Under the pieces are notes generated by a model. The model was not told the DNA's origin, searched no databases, and worked only from the letters and a program-made list of their open reading frames with translations. DNA of 64,000 nucleotides, from the NCBI GenBank assembly GCA_038087875.1, contig CM075996.1:250001-314000 (forward strand). Direction: 5' to 3'. Positions 36,661-50,522 of the stretch are shown one piece after another. Position 1 is the first letter of the stretch, and each line of letters opens with the position of its first letter. The stretch is from Malacoraja senta (taxonomy: Eukaryota). Both the position numbers and the translations under genes were made by a program.

Positions 36661-37696
36661 TTAGGCCCACCGTGTCCACGCCGACCAGCGATCCCCCGCA
36701 CACTAACACTATCCTACACACACTAGGGACAATTTACAATGTTCACCAAGCTAATTAACCTACAATTGGATCTAATCCCCGATCTATTCTGCTCATGATC
36801 TTAAACACTTCTATAAGATCACCCACTCAGTCTCCTCAGCTCGGAGAAATAAAATCCTAGCCTGCTCAACCTCTCCCTGTAGCTCAGGCCCTCGAGTCCT
36901 GGCAACATCCACATGCGTTTACTCGATCTCTTCCTCTCATGATCCGGTACACCTCTACAAGATCCACCCGGAGGGCTGGCGGTGAATTGTGGGCTGAAGA
37001 AGGGATTGAAGATAGACAACAAAATGCTGGAGTAACTCGGCGGGACAGGCAGCATCTGTGGAGAGAAGGAATGGGTGACCTTTCGGGGCGAGACCCTTCT
37101 TCAGACCTTCAGACCGAAAACCAGCAGCTGCAGCTCTTTCCTACGAAGAAGGGATTGAACCAGGAGCCAAAGCTTTGCCCGAGGATTGTTTTTGTGAAGA
37201 GAAGCAGGATTGCTATGGTGATGAGTGGTTTCATCAACTTCCCAAGGGGGGGGGGGCAATGAACGAGATGTCTCTGTGCATGGGTTACCTGCCGGGCTCA
37301 TGTGGCGCCCCTGTGCAAGCGATCGAGATTCATCGCTGAGGTCTCACTATCGGGAACAATGAGGAGACGTGCTCTCTCTGTAGGACGCAGTTTGCAAGGA
37401 GAACAGTCTGTTCTGCTTGTTGCATTTTAACTGCAGATTTGCACACGGAATGAAAAACGCGGCAGTGGGAACTTGCTCAAGTGTTAACGGAATCTAGCTT
37501 AGAGTTGTAGCGCAGAAACAGGCCCTTCGGCCCACCGGGCCCAGCGATCCCCGCACACTAACACTATCCCACACACACTAGGGACAAGCCAGAAGAAGGG
37601 TCTCAACCCAAAACGTCACCTATTCCTTCTCTCCAGAATACTGTATGAGGTGCTGTTCCTCCATTCTGCGCTGGGCCTCACTCTGTCAGTGGGGGA

Positions 37697-38103
37697 CAAA
37701 GATCCTCTAGCGGAGCAAGATAGACCACTCCTGCTAAATGCAATGGGCTGACATGTAGTACGCAACGGAACGGAACGTGGGCCTTTTATTCATCCATTTC
37801 AGTAACCCGACCCGACCCGACCCGCAGTGTAATCAACGTTGCGGGGGAACAGTTTGTGTTAATAAATTATAAATCTGAAAATGAGGAGAAGATTTTTCCC
37901 AAAGAACTTTTATTTTTACGAGGATGTTTCCGTAACCGCCTTCCGTCTCCGCACTAGTATCTTTGCTCCGCTGTGATGGGATCTTTGGTGCGGAGACGGA
38001 AGCCGGTTACGGAAATGGGGCCTAAAATTACCCATGAATCTGCCCATGACCGTACTACGTCTTTTTCGTCGACTGATCTATCTTGCTTGCTGTAGGATCT
38101 TTG
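37697..38103. mobile_element. hAT-type MITE, same family as 10268-10672, opposite orientation
   Basis: Perfect 8-bp TSD GTGGGGGA; inserted in a PLE fragment. Confidence 0.88.
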
Positions 38104-38639
38104 GTGGGGGAGGCCGAGGACAGAAAGGTCAGTGTGGGAATGGGAGGGGGAGTTAAAGTGTTTAGCAAACAGGAGATCAGGTAGGCCTAGGCTCTAGGCG
38201 GACTACTCCAGCACTTTGTGCCTATCATCAGTTTAAAAAAACCAGTTCCCCTTGAGTACGAATGGCAATCTAGTCAATTAACTTTATAAAAGGTGTACAG
38301 AAGCTCACTCCCAGGAGCCTGATTGCATTAAATCACTTGATCTCTTTCTTGTTAAACCCATTGATCTGTGTCAGGAGACGAACCCATGACTGTAGGAAAT
38401 GATCATTTGTCTAACTGCATCTTATAAGTATAGAGATACTGCTTAGCAACGAACAGTCATCTGTGTATTTAGCAACCCTCTGGGCCGGCTAAACGAGTTT
38501 TTATCATATTAATGCATTCACCATTACTGGCAGATTACTCGCCTTTATCATCGTTACTTTTTTGCATATCTTTCATTCATTTGTTCTATATCTCTCTATA
38601 TCCACCACAGCCCATATCTCTCGTTTCCCTCTCCCCTGA

Positions 38640-39012
38640 AGGGCCTGTCCGACTTATGCGATTTTTTTCGGCGACTTGCCGGCACCCGTCACAGTCGCAG
38701 CAGGTCGGCGAAAATGTTCAACATGTTGCAAATCCAGCGGCGACCAGAATTAGGTACGACTCTTTGGGCGACTACTCACCACCGTACAGGAGTCACCCCG
38801 CGACAAGCGGCAACTTACGACCATACAGGCGTCACGTGTCGACATGCCGCGGGGTGACTCCAGTATGACCGCGAGTAGTCGCCCAAAGAGTCGTACCTTT
38901 TTCTGGTCACCGCTGGATTTTCAACATGTTGGAAAATTTCGGTGACCCTGCTGCGATTGTGCCGGGTGCCGGCAAGTCGCCGAAAAAAAATCTCGTAAGT
39001 GGGACAGGGCCT
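38640..39012. mobile_element. PIF/Harbinger-type MITE, nearly fully palindromic
   Basis: TIR family match, TGA-like TSD; the two halves are imperfect reverse complements. Confidence 0.8.
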
Positions 39013-39259
39013 TTGACTCTCAGTCCGAAGAAGGGTCTCGACCTGAAATGTCGCCTATTCCTTTTTCTCCAGAGATGCTGCCTGAACCGCTGATGGGCCT
39101 GTCCCACTTGACCGATTGTTTTCGGTGACTGCGGGCGTCTTTGACTGACGCATGAGTCACTTGGCTTTTAGTGTCTTATCTTCGCTTGTAGTCTGCCAGG
39201 AGCACTTGCTTTCAACCTCGATGTAAAAAGGAACTCTCTCTCCCCATCTCCAAGGAAAA

Positions 39260-39290
<31 letters not shown>

Positions 39291-42200
39291 AAGGAAGAAG
39301 GGTTTCGGCCCGAAATGTTGCCTATTTCCTTCGCTCCATAAATGCTGCCTCACCCGCTGAGTTTCTCCAGCACTTTTGTCTACCAACAGAAAGAAAATGC
39401 TCGTTTCATTTTGTCATTGGCACTCTGTCAAATTCATTCCTCGACACCTAATGTACTACTGCATCCCCTTTGTCTCCAGGCTCAGTAATCTCCTCAGAGA
39501 ATTGTTAAACTCATCAAGCATGACTGCCCTTTGCAAATATGCTTTGACTATTGCTGATTAGCTCTTACTTTCTAAGTGCTGTCATGCATTATCTCTTAAC
39601 GGCTCCAATGTATTTTTGGCCGACAGTGTGACTCCAACTGGGTATAGATCCTAGGTGATAGGAGGAGAATTAGGCCATTCGGCCCATCAAGTCTACTCCG
39701 CCATTCAATCATGACCGATCTATCCCTCCCTCCCAACCCCATTCTCCCTGCCTTCTCCCCCATAACATCTGACACCCGTACGACTCAAGAATCTATCTAT
39801 CTCTGCCTTAAATATATCCACTGACTTGGCCTCCGCAGCCTTCTGTGGCAAAGAATTCCACAGATTCACCACCAACTTTCTCGAGAACCAGGGACATAGA
39901 TTTAAGGTGAGGGGGGGAAAGCTTTTAAACAGGAAGTTATCCGACCAAGTGTTATCTGAAGAAGGGTCTCGAGCAAAAAACGTCATCCATTCCTTTTCTC
40001 CAGAGATGCTGCCTGGCCCGCTGAGTTACTCCAGTTTTTTTGTATCGAACTGAGAGGTACCCACAAATGCAATCCCCGTTTCACTACACCAATTGGTGTA
40101 TGTGACAAATAAAGAATCTTTGAATCTTTGACCAAAAGGTGATTGCCAGAGCAGGTAGTTGAGGCAGGTACTATGAGAACATTTAAGAGACTATTGGACA
40201 GGTACATGGAAAGGACAGGTTTCAAGGGTTCTGGGCCAAACGCGGGCAGGTGGGACTAGTGTAGATGGGGCGTGTTTGTCAACGCGGGCAAGTTGGGCCG
40301 AAGGGCCTGTTTCCACTCTGTATCACTCTATGACTCTATGCTCCCTTCATAACAGAAAGGATACACCCATTATTTGTTACTTGCAAGGAAAAGAATTTCG
40401 AAGATGGGCGGGCTTGTAAATGAATCCACTTCTGCAAATTGCCCCTTTAGTGTGTAGAATAGAAGTAGTGTGAACAGGAGATCATTGCTCGGCGTGGACT
40501 GGATGGGCCGAAGGGCCTGTTTCCACACAGAATCTGTGAAACTAAAAACGAAAGCTAAATATATATTAACTTCATCGTGTGATAATCGCAGCTCTGTGGG
40601 AAAACATATCTGCCTTTTATTGCTTATTTCTTCCGCAATGAAATTAAATCAGCAAATAATCTTGAGCACACACACTAGGAGCAGATGTTTACCCTTGAGT
40701 GAAGGGATGTATTTGGCAGAACCACATGTGCAGTGTCCGACAACATTGACCCATCAGAAAGAAAACTGGAATAAATCAGTAAATGAGGCAGCATCTCTGG
40801 AGAACACTGTTTGGCAATGCTTCTAGTCGGGACCCTTCCTCAGTCTGATTGTGGTGGGGGTGGGGGGGGGGGGGGTGAGGGAAGGATGGGGGCGAAAGTT
40901 GGAAGAGAGGAGTGCTAGGCCAAAGCCTGGCGAGTGACAGGTGGATAGACACAAAGGGCTGGAGTAACTCAGTGGGTCAGGCAGCCTCTCTGGAGGGTGA
41001 CGATTCGGGCACATAGCTGGACAAAGGCCGGAGATTAAAATACAAAAATATGATAAGGATAGAAGAGGTGCGGATTGTGAAGCCAGAGGGAGGAGTGTCG
41101 GTGGAAGGGGGCAGAGGGAGGGGAGGACTGGGTGAATCACAAGCCAGCCAGTGTTAACCATGAGGCTCCTGTAGTTTATGGTCCAGCGATCTGAAGGTAA
41201 GAAATAATGGAGCTCCAAGCCCCCTGTCCCACTTAGGTGATTTTTTTCGGCGACTACAGGCGACTAGGCTGTCGCCACATGGTCACGGGGTGACGCCTGT
41301 ATGGTCGTGAGTTGTCTCTTCAAGTCGCCTAAAGAGTTGTTTTTCTGGTCGCCGCTGGATTTTGAAATGTTCAAAACTTTTCGGCGACTGCGGGCTTGTC
41401 GTAGGTGTTGTCGCCAGGATGACGCAGGTTGTCGCCAGGTGACGTTGGTTGTCGCCGGGTGCTGACTTTGGTGAATTCCATTGGCGACTACCTACAGCAA
41501 CCGGCGACAGGTACTGGCGACTGAATTGTCTTCAGTTGTCGCCGACAGGGTCGTTGCTTGTCGTAGCTTGTGGCGGGTGGACGTAGGTTGACTTTGGTTG
41601 TCGTAGGTGGCCGCCTGTGTGGTCGTAGGTTGTCGTAGGTGTGGTCGTAAGTCCTGCTCTGCTATTCAGTAAGATTCTGGCTCGTCTCCTGGAAATCCAC
41701 AATCCCAACTGTTCCTCATATCCCTTCATTCCCTGAGTGTCCAAGTGAAATCTCTCGAAACCCACGCAGTCACAGCGAGAACGTGCAAACTCCGCACAGA
41801 CAGCAACTGAGGTCAGGACCCCCCTCCCCCCCCTGGGTCTCTGGCGCGGTGAGGCAGCAGCTCTACCAGCTGTGCCACCGTGCCGCCTAAATATTTGGTT
41901 ACGCAAGTCCCCACGCTGCAGGTAATCTCACCACAGTTACCTCACATCCATTCTCTGAGACAATGACTGTCTCACTTTGTCCCCGCTCATTGCGAACCTC
42001 ATCCATCCAGTTGCAAATGCTGGTTGAGGCAAAAGAGCTTAATAATGGCCATAAATCTGACGGGGTAAGTGACGCGTTTCCAATGTGAATGTGAAGTAAA
42101 ATGATCGCTATGGTCTTAAATATAATTTGCGGTACTTCTCAACTCATTAACCTTAAGCTAAAACACCGTATAGAGTGAATCAATTTGCATTAATGCAGCT

Positions 42201-43612
42201 AACGATGCAGAGATCGAACGCATATGTCATGCGGAGAGCTAAGCCAATAGTTGCCACATTCACTGCGGTCAAAGCCATTGTCAACAGCATCAAGGTCACA
42301 TATACAGAAGCAAAGATCCATCTGAGTCCCGCTGCTGTCTGCAGCAACAATAAGAGAGCTCGTAAAGGGTTTCTAGTTTGTACTTTTATTGCGCAGTTAC
42401 TTTTGGTGAATTAAATTCGCTCGTTTGGAGCAGGAAGTGTAATTATACTGCCTTGGGTTAGCAGCCGCATTGAGCTGGAAAGAGTGCGGAGATTCACTTG
42501 GCCGACCCTCTCCCAAATGAAAATGCTTGAATATCAGAAATGCTGCAAAACAGTCAGTATGTCGGGCAGCTTCTGCAGAGAGAGAAGTAGAAATTGCCAT
42601 CAAGCTGGAAAGGACGCCGAGAAAGGCTTGGATAGAAAGGATGCGGAGAGGATGTTTCCACTAGTGGGGGAGTCTAGGACTGGAGGTCACAGCCTCAGAA
42701 TTAAAGGACGTTCCTTTCGGAATTGGACGAGGAGAAATTTCTTTAGTCGGAGGGTGGTGAATCTGTGGAATTCTTTGCCACAGACGGCTGTGGAGGCCAA
42801 GTCAATTGATATTTTTAAGGCAGAGATTCAGTGGATTGATTCTTGATTAGTACGGGTGCCAGTGGTTATGGGGAGAAGGCAGGAGAATGGGGTTAGGAGG
42901 GAGAGATAGATCAGCCATGATTGAATGGCGGAGCAGACTTGATGGGCTTTTTACCTCTTATCTATTATGACCTTACGAGATGATCTACGAGGATGTTGCC
43001 AGGACCTGAGGGCCAGAACTATGGAGAGAGGTTGGGCAGGTTAGGGTTTTATTCCATGGAGTGCAGGTGGCTGAGGGATGATCTTATAGATGTGTATGTG
43101 CCTATAAGGTCACCGTGTCTTTTACCTAGAGAAGGGGAATCAAGAACTAGAGTATAAGGTGAGAGGGTAAAGATTTAATAGGATCCTGAGGGGCAACGTT
43201 TTGGATCTTTAATGCCCTTTTTCCCCACAGAGGATGGTGGGTGTATGGAACGAGCTGCCAGAGAAGGTAGTTGAGACAGGAACTATAATAACATTTAAGA
43301 GACATTTGGACAAGGATGGAAAAGGTTCAGATGGGCCAAACGGCAGCAGGTGGGCTCAGTGTAGATGGGGCACCATCTTAGTCGGCATAGACACGTAGGG
43401 CCGAAGGGCCTGTTCCGTGCTGGTGAGTTCATGACGCTAATAACTTTCATTTGTACAGCATGTTCAAAGTAGACGGTGCCCTGGCAAGGCCAGCAGCATA
43501 TTCAAAGACGAGTCTCACCCCGGGCACTCCCTCTTCTCCCCTCTCCCATCAGGCAAGAGGTACAGAAGTGTGAAAACGCACACCTCCAGATTCAGGGGCA
43601 GTTTCTTCCCAG

Positions 43613-43797
43613 GTAGACAAAAAATGCTGGAGAAACTCAGCGGATGAGGCAGCATCTATGGAGCGAAGGAAATAGGCACCGTTTCGGGCCGAAACGTTGC
43701 CTATTTCCTTCGCTCCATAGATGCTGCCTCACCCGCTGAGTTTCTCCAGCATTTTTGTCTACCTTCGATTTTCCAGCATCTGCAGTTCCTTCTTAAA
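43613..43797. mobile_element. Palindromic PLE-end insertion with 14-bp TSD
   Basis: CAGTTTCTTCCCAG at 43599-43612 and 43798-43811; interrupts a Rex1 3' fragment. Confidence 0.85.
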
Positions 43798-44911
43798 CAG
43801 TTTCTTCCCAGCTGTTATCTGGCAAATGAACCACTCTCTCACCAACTAGAGAACGGTGCTGACCTGCCATCTATCTCATTGGAGACCCTCGGACTATCAT
43901 TAATCGGACTTTGCTGGACTTTATTTTGCACTCAATGTTATTCCCTTTATCCTGTATTTGTACACTGTGGACGGCTTGATTGTAATCAAGAGTAGTCTTG
44001 CCGCTGACTGGATAGCACGGAACACAAAAGCTGTTCACTGTACCTCGGTACAGGTGACAATAATAAACTAATCTAAACAAAGCATCCCAAGGTACGCCGC
44101 AGTAGTATTATCAAACAGAGGCAGGAGATGCTGGAAATCTGAAGTTTAGTTTAGTTTAGCTTGGAGATACAGCGCGGAAACAGGCCTTTCGGCCCCCTGA
44201 GTCCGCGCCGACCAGCGATCACCCCGCACAGTAGCACTACCCCACACAGACGATCATTACCAAAGCCAATTAACCTACAAACACAATATAGACACACAAA
44301 GCTGGAGTAACTCAGCGGGACAGGCAGCATCTCTGGGGAGAAGGAAGCGGTGATGTTTCAGACCTGCAAACCTGCATGTCTTTGGAGTGTGGGGTTGGAG
44401 TTGGAGAGAGGTGGAGAAATAAAAACAGAAAATGCCCAAAGTACCCATCTGATAATAGGACATGTTCAAGAAGGAACTGCAGATGCTGGAAAATTGAAGG
44501 TAGACAAAATTGCTGGAGAAACTCAGCGGGTGCGGCAGCATCTATGGAGCGAAGGAAATAGGCGACTTTTCGGGCCAAAACCCTTCTATAGGACAATAGT
44601 CTGAGGCATCGCCTCTGATAGGGAGTATGGTGCACTGTTCTGTGGTCCATCAGCTCTCCCTGCAATATCCGGCATTCCACAGATAACAATCCTTGCTGCT
44701 ACTACCCCCTAATCTGAGCATCATTCTCATCAACCTTCTCTGCTCCCTTTCCAAAGTCTTCAGACATGATTTGTTTAGATTGGAAGTGATGTGGGACATT
44801 CTGAAAATGATCAGCCATGATCACATTGAATGGCAGTGCTGGCTCGAAGGGCCAAATGGCCTACTCCTGCACCTATTGTCTATTGTCTATAAGAAAGACG
44901 AATAGTTTGTA

Positions 44912-45840
44912 CAGCTCCACCACCGGTTTTCCGGCAACTCCTTAAATCCGGACAAAATTACCAGAGCGCTCTTAGAAATTTCCCCCCACCGGATTAGATC
45001 CCCTAATTTGATGAAGGACTTTCTTGCTATTGAGGGAGTGCAGCGTAGGTTTACAAGGTTAATTCCCGGGATGGCGGGACTGTCATATGCTGAGAGAATG
45101 AAGCAGCTGGGCTTGTACACTCTGGAGTTTAGAAGGATGAGAGGGCATCTTATTGAAACATATAAGATTGTTCAGGGTTTGGACACGCTAGAGGCAGGAA
45201 ACATGTTCCCGATGTTTGGGGAGTCCAGAACCAGGGGCCACAATTTAAGAATAAGGGGTAAGCCATTTAGAACGGAGATGAGGAAACACTTTTTCTCACA
45301 GAGAGTTGTGAGTCTGTGGAATTCTCTGCCTCAGAGGGCGATGGAGGCGGGTTCTCTGGATGCTTTCAAGAAAGAGCTGGATAGGGCTCTTAAAAATAGC
45401 GGAGTCAGGGGATATGGGGAGAAGGCAGGAACGGGGTACTGATTGGGGATGATCAGCCATGATCACATTGAATGGTGGTGCTGGCTCGAAGGGCCGAATG
45501 GCCTACTCCTGCACCTATTGTCTATTGTCTATAAGACCCCCTGAAAATGTGGCGCCCAGGCCGGGTGAGGCGGCCGATCGGCGGGTCGGATTTGCCCCCC
45601 CGCGGCCGGCACTCTGGAACTCTGGCCAGGCCGGAGCCGGCAGATCCGTTCCCGTAGCCGACGTCCGAGGCCGACTTTGCCGTCTGGTATCTCGCCCCCC
45701 CCCCCCCCCGGGCGGCCCAGGCGGAACGTTCCGGTACCGTTGGACTCCTCCCGGAGGCCGTGAGCTCCGTTGGTCCAGCAACACGGATAATCCGGCAAGG
45801 CTCTGGAACCAAGGGTGCCGGAAAAGGGGTGGTGGGCCTG
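44912..45840. mobile_element. Tc1/mariner-pogo-like MITE interrupted by a CR1 fragment
   Basis: TA TSD; 25-bp imperfect TIR CAGCTCCACCACCGGTTTTCCGGCA versus CAGGCCCACCACCCCTTTTCCGGCA. Confidence 0.65.
45001..45530 (+). mobile_element. CR1-clade LINE 3' fragment
   Basis: ORF 45008-45442 EGVQRRFTRLIPGM..YKIV..TRGH..FFSQRVVSLWNSLP; tail CTATTGTCTATTGTCTAT. Confidence 0.88.
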
Positions 45841-46409
45841 TAATATGTTCAACCCAAGAGCCTGCAGACTGGGAAAGCAACGAGAGAAATCACAAAACAT
45901 CCTCTCAAACAAAGTCTGCTGGAAATTAGGCAGTCTCACCACATATGCCTAACCAAGACTGGTGAATGTCCGCTATTAAGCAACGACAGGCATACACAGT
46001 GAAGACACAGATCTAATTGAATAGGGCAGCAGGATCAAAGATACTTAATCAACGTCTGGCCACCCAGAGAGTTGTGAATCTGTGGAATTCTCTGCCACAG
46101 AAGGCAGTGGAGGCCAATTCACTGGATGTTTTCAAGAGGGAGTTAGATATAGCTGTTAGGGCTAACGGAATCAAGGGATATGGAGGAGAAAGCAGGAACG
46201 GGGTACTGATTTTGGATGCATCAAGTTCAAGTTCAAGTTCAAGTGAGTTTATTGTCATGTGTCCCTGATAGGACAATGAAATTCTTGCTTTGCTTCAGCA
46301 CAACAGAACATAGTAGGCATTGACCACAAGGCATTCTATAAATATATACACACATGAATCAATATACTGATGAAGTGCAAATAACAGTATTGGCTAATAA
46401 AGTTCAGTG

Positions 46410-47852
46410 TTATGTCCGAACCAGGTTTAATAGCTTGATGGCTGTGGGGAAGTAGCTATTCCTGAACCTGGTCGTTGCAGTCTTCAGGCTCCTGTACCTT
46501 CTACCTGAAGGTAGCGGGGAGATGAGTGAGTGGCCAGGATGGTGTGGGTCCTTGATGATACTGCCAGCATTTTTGAGGCAGCGACTGCGATAGATCCCCT
46601 CGATGGAAGGGAGGTCAGAGCCGATGATGGACTGGGCAGTGTTTACTACTTTTTGTAGTCTTTTCCTCTCCAGGGCGCTCAAGTTGCCGAACCAAGCCAG
46701 GATGCAACCGGTCAGCATGCTCTCTACTGTGCACCTGTAGAAGTTAGAGAGAGTCCTCCTTGACAAACCGACTCTCCGTAATCTTCTCAGGAAGTAGAGG
46801 CGCTGATGTGCTTTCTTAATAATGGCATCGGTGTTCTCGGACCAGGAAAGATCTTCAGAGATGTGCACGCCCAGGAATTTGAAGCTCTTGACCCTTTCAA
46901 CCATCGACCCGTTGATATAAACGGGACTGTGGGTCCCCATCCTACTCCTTCCAAAGTCCACAATCAGTTCCTTGGTTTTGCTGGTGTTGAGGGCCAGGTT
47001 ATTGTGCTGGCACCATATGGACAGTTGCTCGATCTCTCTTCTATACTCTGACTCATCCCCATCAGTGATACGTCCCACAACAGTGGTGTCGTCAGCGAAC
47101 TTGATGATGGAGTTCGCACTATGTCCGGCTACGCAGTCATGAGTATAGAGTGAGTACAGCAGGGGGCTGAGCACGCAGCCTTGAGGTGCTCCCGTGCTGA
47201 TTGTTATGGAGTCTGACACATTTCCACCAATACGAACAGACTGTGGTCTGAGAGTGAGGAAGTCGAGGATCCAATTGCAGAGGGATGCGCAGAGACCCAG
47301 TTCTGCGAGTTTGGTAACCAGCTTGGAGGGGATGATTCTATTAAATGCCGAGCTGTAATCGATGAATAACAGCCTGACATATGAGTTTTTGTTGTCCAAG
47401 TGGTCCAGAGCGGAGTGGAGGGCCAGCGAGATCGCATCCATCGTTGATCTGTTGTGGCGGTAAGCAAACTGCAGTGGGTCCAGGTTGTTGTCGAGGTAGG
47501 AGTTGATTTGCGCCATGATCAACCTCTCAAAGCACTTCATCACCACAGGCGTTAGTGCCACAGGTCGATAGTCATTGAGGCACGTCACCTTACTCTTCTT
47601 GGGCACTGGTATAATTGATGCCTTTTTGAAGCAGGTGGGAACCTCAGACCTCAGAAGTGAGAGGTTGAAAATGTCCGTAAAAACTCCAGCCAGTTGGTCC
47701 GCACAGGTTTTTAGAACACGACCAGGTATACCATCAGGTCCAGGCGCTTTTCGAGGGTTCACCCCTCTGAAGGATTTCCTGACGTCGGCCTCTGTGACTG
47801 AGACTGAAATACCATCACAGCGAATGAGGGCTCGGGAAGGCATATCGGTGTT
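46410..47852 (-). CDS. Reverse transcriptase region of the Rex1-type LINE
   Basis: Stop-free ORF with [39 protein letters not shown] and KFADD motifs. Confidence 0.92.
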   Translation of the reverse strand, partial: NTDMPSRALIRCDGISVSVTEADVRKSFRGVNPRKAPGPDGIPGRVLKTCADQLAGVFTDIFNLSLLRSEVPTCFKKASIIPVPKKSKVTCLNDYRPVALTPVVMKCFERLIMAQINSYLDNNLDPLQFAYRHNRSTMDAISLALHSALDHLDNKNSYVRLLFIDYSSAFNRIIPSKLVTKLAELGLCASLCNWILDFLTLRPQSVRIGGNVSDSITISTGAPQGCVLSPLLYSLYTHDCVAGHSANSIIKFADDTTVVGRITDGDESEYRREIEQLSIWCQHNNLALNTSKTKELIVDFGRSRMGTHSPVYINGSMVERVKSFKFLGVHISEDLSWSENTDAIIKKAHQRLYFLRRLRRVGLSRRTLSNFYRCTVESMLTGCILAWFGNLSALERKRLQKVVNTAQSIIGSDLPSIEGIYRSRCLKNAGSIIKDPHHPGHSLISPLPSGRRYRSLKTATTRFRNSYFPTAIKLLNLVRT

Positions 47853-47871
47853 GAAAGAGAGTTTACCCAAG

Positions 47872-49738
47872 ATGGCGCCTGCCTGTGGCGACTTTTGCGG
47901 AGCACCAGAACAGAAAAGGTTCACCTACAACTTCCATCAACTCACCTGCATCAGGGAAACGGCAGTAATCGGTGCCGTTTCAGACAAGCTGCTTGGGCAG
48001 CTGAAAGCGCTGGCAATTTCGCGATCTCCCGCAGCTGCGGGAGCCCCGGACTTTAAACTTTCCCACGCTGGCTGTGGAACTCCCGACCCGACTGAGGATC
48101 CCAGGTACTGTACCTGGAAACCCCGGGATGACCTCCAGAACCGACGGGCCGGATCTCCCAGGAACAATGAAGCTGGAGCTGCCGACTTTGAAAGTACCCC
48201 CGTTCGTTACGGAGCTGGAGCTGCCGTCTGTGAGGGAATCCCCGTTCCAGCGCAGGTCCGCAGAAACAGCAGGTACAGTAGACTCAGCACCTGGAAACAA
48301 AGGGGAAGCCTCCATTGTGTCCGGAAATGTGGCCGACGGGCAGGACTCCAGGTCAGACTGAAGCGCAGGGGACTTCGACCCTCTCTCCCTATTATCTTAC
48401 TGGCCAACGTACAGTCCCTTGAAAATAAAGTGGAGGACTTAAGGGCAAGACTGCTTTATCAAAGGGAGCTGAGGGAATGCTCTGTGTTCTGTTTCACAGA
48501 GACATGGCTCACCCCTAGCTCCCCAGACTCAGCGGTCCAGCCTGAAGGGTTCTCCATCCACCGTATGGACCGTACACTGGCATCTGGGAAAGGGAGAGGA
48601 GGGGGCGTCTGCCTCATGGTCAACTCTGCGTGGTGCTCAGACGTGGCAGTCCTGTCCAACTCCTGCTCTCCACACCTTGAACATCTGGCGGTGAAGTGCC
48701 ATCCCTTCTACCTCCCAAGGGAATTCACCTCCATCATCATGGCCGCGGTCTACATCCCACCCCAGGCAGACGTCCGTCTGGCACTGGAGGAGCTGCACGC
48801 CGTGGTCAACAAACACCAGACGTCTTACCCCGAGGCATTTACCACCATAGCCGGGGACTTCAATAAGGCAAACCTAAAGAAATCACTCCCTAACTTCCAC
48901 CAACATGTCTCTTGCTGCACCAGAGGACCAAACACCCTCGACCACTGCTACACCACCATCAAGAATGCCTATCGTTCTATCCCTCGCCCTCACTTCGGTA
49001 AATCCGACCATACCGCGGTGCTGCTTCTTCCTGCCTACAGGCAGCAATTAAAGAGCGCACCCCCAGAGGTGAGGACAGTACAGAGCTGTTCGGGGGAGGC
49101 AGAGGAACAACTCCAGGACTGTTTGGAGTCTGAAGACTGGGCAATGTTCAAGGACTCGGCAACGGACCTGAACGAATACGCCACAGTCGTTACAGACTTC
49201 ATTAAGAAGTGTGTGGAGGACTGCAACCCCACCAAAACCTTCCGAGCGTTTCCCAATCAGAAACCTTGGATGAACTTTGAGATCCGCACTCTTCTGAAGT
49301 CCAGACACCGGGCATTCATGTCTGATGATACAGTGGCCTACAAGAAGTCCAGATACAATCTTGGTAAGGCCATCAAAAAGGCCAAAAGGGACTTCTGCTC
49401 CAAACTGGAGGAAGGGACAGATGTTCGGCGGCTGTGGCAGGGCCTGAATGCAATCACCTCTTACAAGTCGAAATCAGGAGGCAGCTCGAATGTCGGCGAA
49501 ACATCACTCCCTGATGAGCTCAATGCGTCCTACGCACGCTTTAATAGGGAGAACACCGATGTGCCTTCCCGAGCCCCCATTCGCTGTGATGGTATTTCAG
49601 TCTCAGTCACAGAGGCCGACGTCAGGAAATCCTTCAGAGGGGTGAACCCTCGAAAAGCGCCTGGACCTGATGGTATACCTGGTCGTGTTCTAAAAACCTG
49701 CGCGGACCAACTGGCTGGAGTTTTTAACGGACATTTTC
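47872..49738 (+). CDS. N-terminus and APE endonuclease region of the same Rex1-type LINE (inverted segment)
   Basis: Stop-free from ATG 47872 (MAPACGD). Contains ANVQSL, TETWL, GGGV, VYIPP, AGDFN, TLDHCY and SDH APE motifs, and ends in a duplicate of the RT N-terminus. Confidence 0.9.
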
Positions 49739-50160
49739 TGAAATTTACTGATCATTTACTGAAATGATCAGCCATGATCATATTCAATGGCGGTGCTGGC
49801 TCGAAAGGCCGATGGGCCGAATGGCCTACTCCTGCACCTATTTTCTCTGTCTATGTTTCTATGTTTACCTGACCCGATCTTGATGAGACCTGATTAAAAG
49901 CATCACATCGGGTTATATGGATATTCTGCGCGACACATTCTGGCTTGGGTCTAGAAAGGCTGAATCAATACTTTATATACATATGATCTGCCTGAAATGA
50001 ATTAGACTGGTAATCAAAGAGGCCCACAGTTACTTTTTTCCAGTGAAATTAGCTTAGTTTAGAGATACAGCGTGGAAACAAGACCTTCGGCCCACTAGGC
50101 CCATGCCGACCAGCAATCATCCATTACACTAGTTCTAACCTACACGGTAGGGACAATTTA

Positions 50161-50522
50161 AGGGCCTGTCCCACTTTCCCGAGTTATTGAAGAATTCTCC
50201 TGAGTTATTCATGAATTCTCCAGAGTTTTCAAACTCGCAGAATGTTCGTAACGAGTCCGTAGGAGTCCGTGGATATACCGTAGCGGCTCGTTTATGCCAG
50301 CCGTAGGTACTCGGGGCATCAGGTAAAGTCGGGACGTTTTTTCAGCATGATGAAAAATGTCCACGAGTAAAAAAATAGCCCCGAGTACCTACGGCCGGCA
50401 TAACGAGCCGCTACGATATATCCACGGACTCCTACGGCCTCCTACTGACACATTACGAACATTCTGCGAGTTTGAAAACTCGGGAGAATCCGTGAATGAC
50501 TCGGGAAAGTGGGACAGGCCCT
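50161..50522. mobile_element. PIF/Harbinger-type MITE in a SINE
   Basis: TIR AGGGCCTGTCCCACTTTCCCGAGT, TSD TTA. Confidence 0.88.

Larger units (their letters stand above)
46221..49738 (-). mobile_element. Rex1/Babar-type non-LTR retrotransposon, apparently full length, with inverted 5' half
   Basis: RT half on minus (47852-46410), then a 3' UTR, AATAAA and an (ACTTGA)4 tail at 46221-46244. Endonuclease half on plus (about 47854-49738). Inserted into a CR1 3' end that continues on both sides. Confidence 0.9.

Noticed and set aside
39259..39288. 30-nt G run, and the C run at 21771-21791, as functional G-quadruplexes
   Set aside because: These are expanded C-tracts of the PLE 3' UTR, and homopolymer length is unreliable in assemblies.
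47575..47871. N-terminal 99 aa of the 730-aa plus-strand ORF
   Set aside because: Almost entirely antisense RT sequence read through the inversion junction; the plausible start is ATG 47872.
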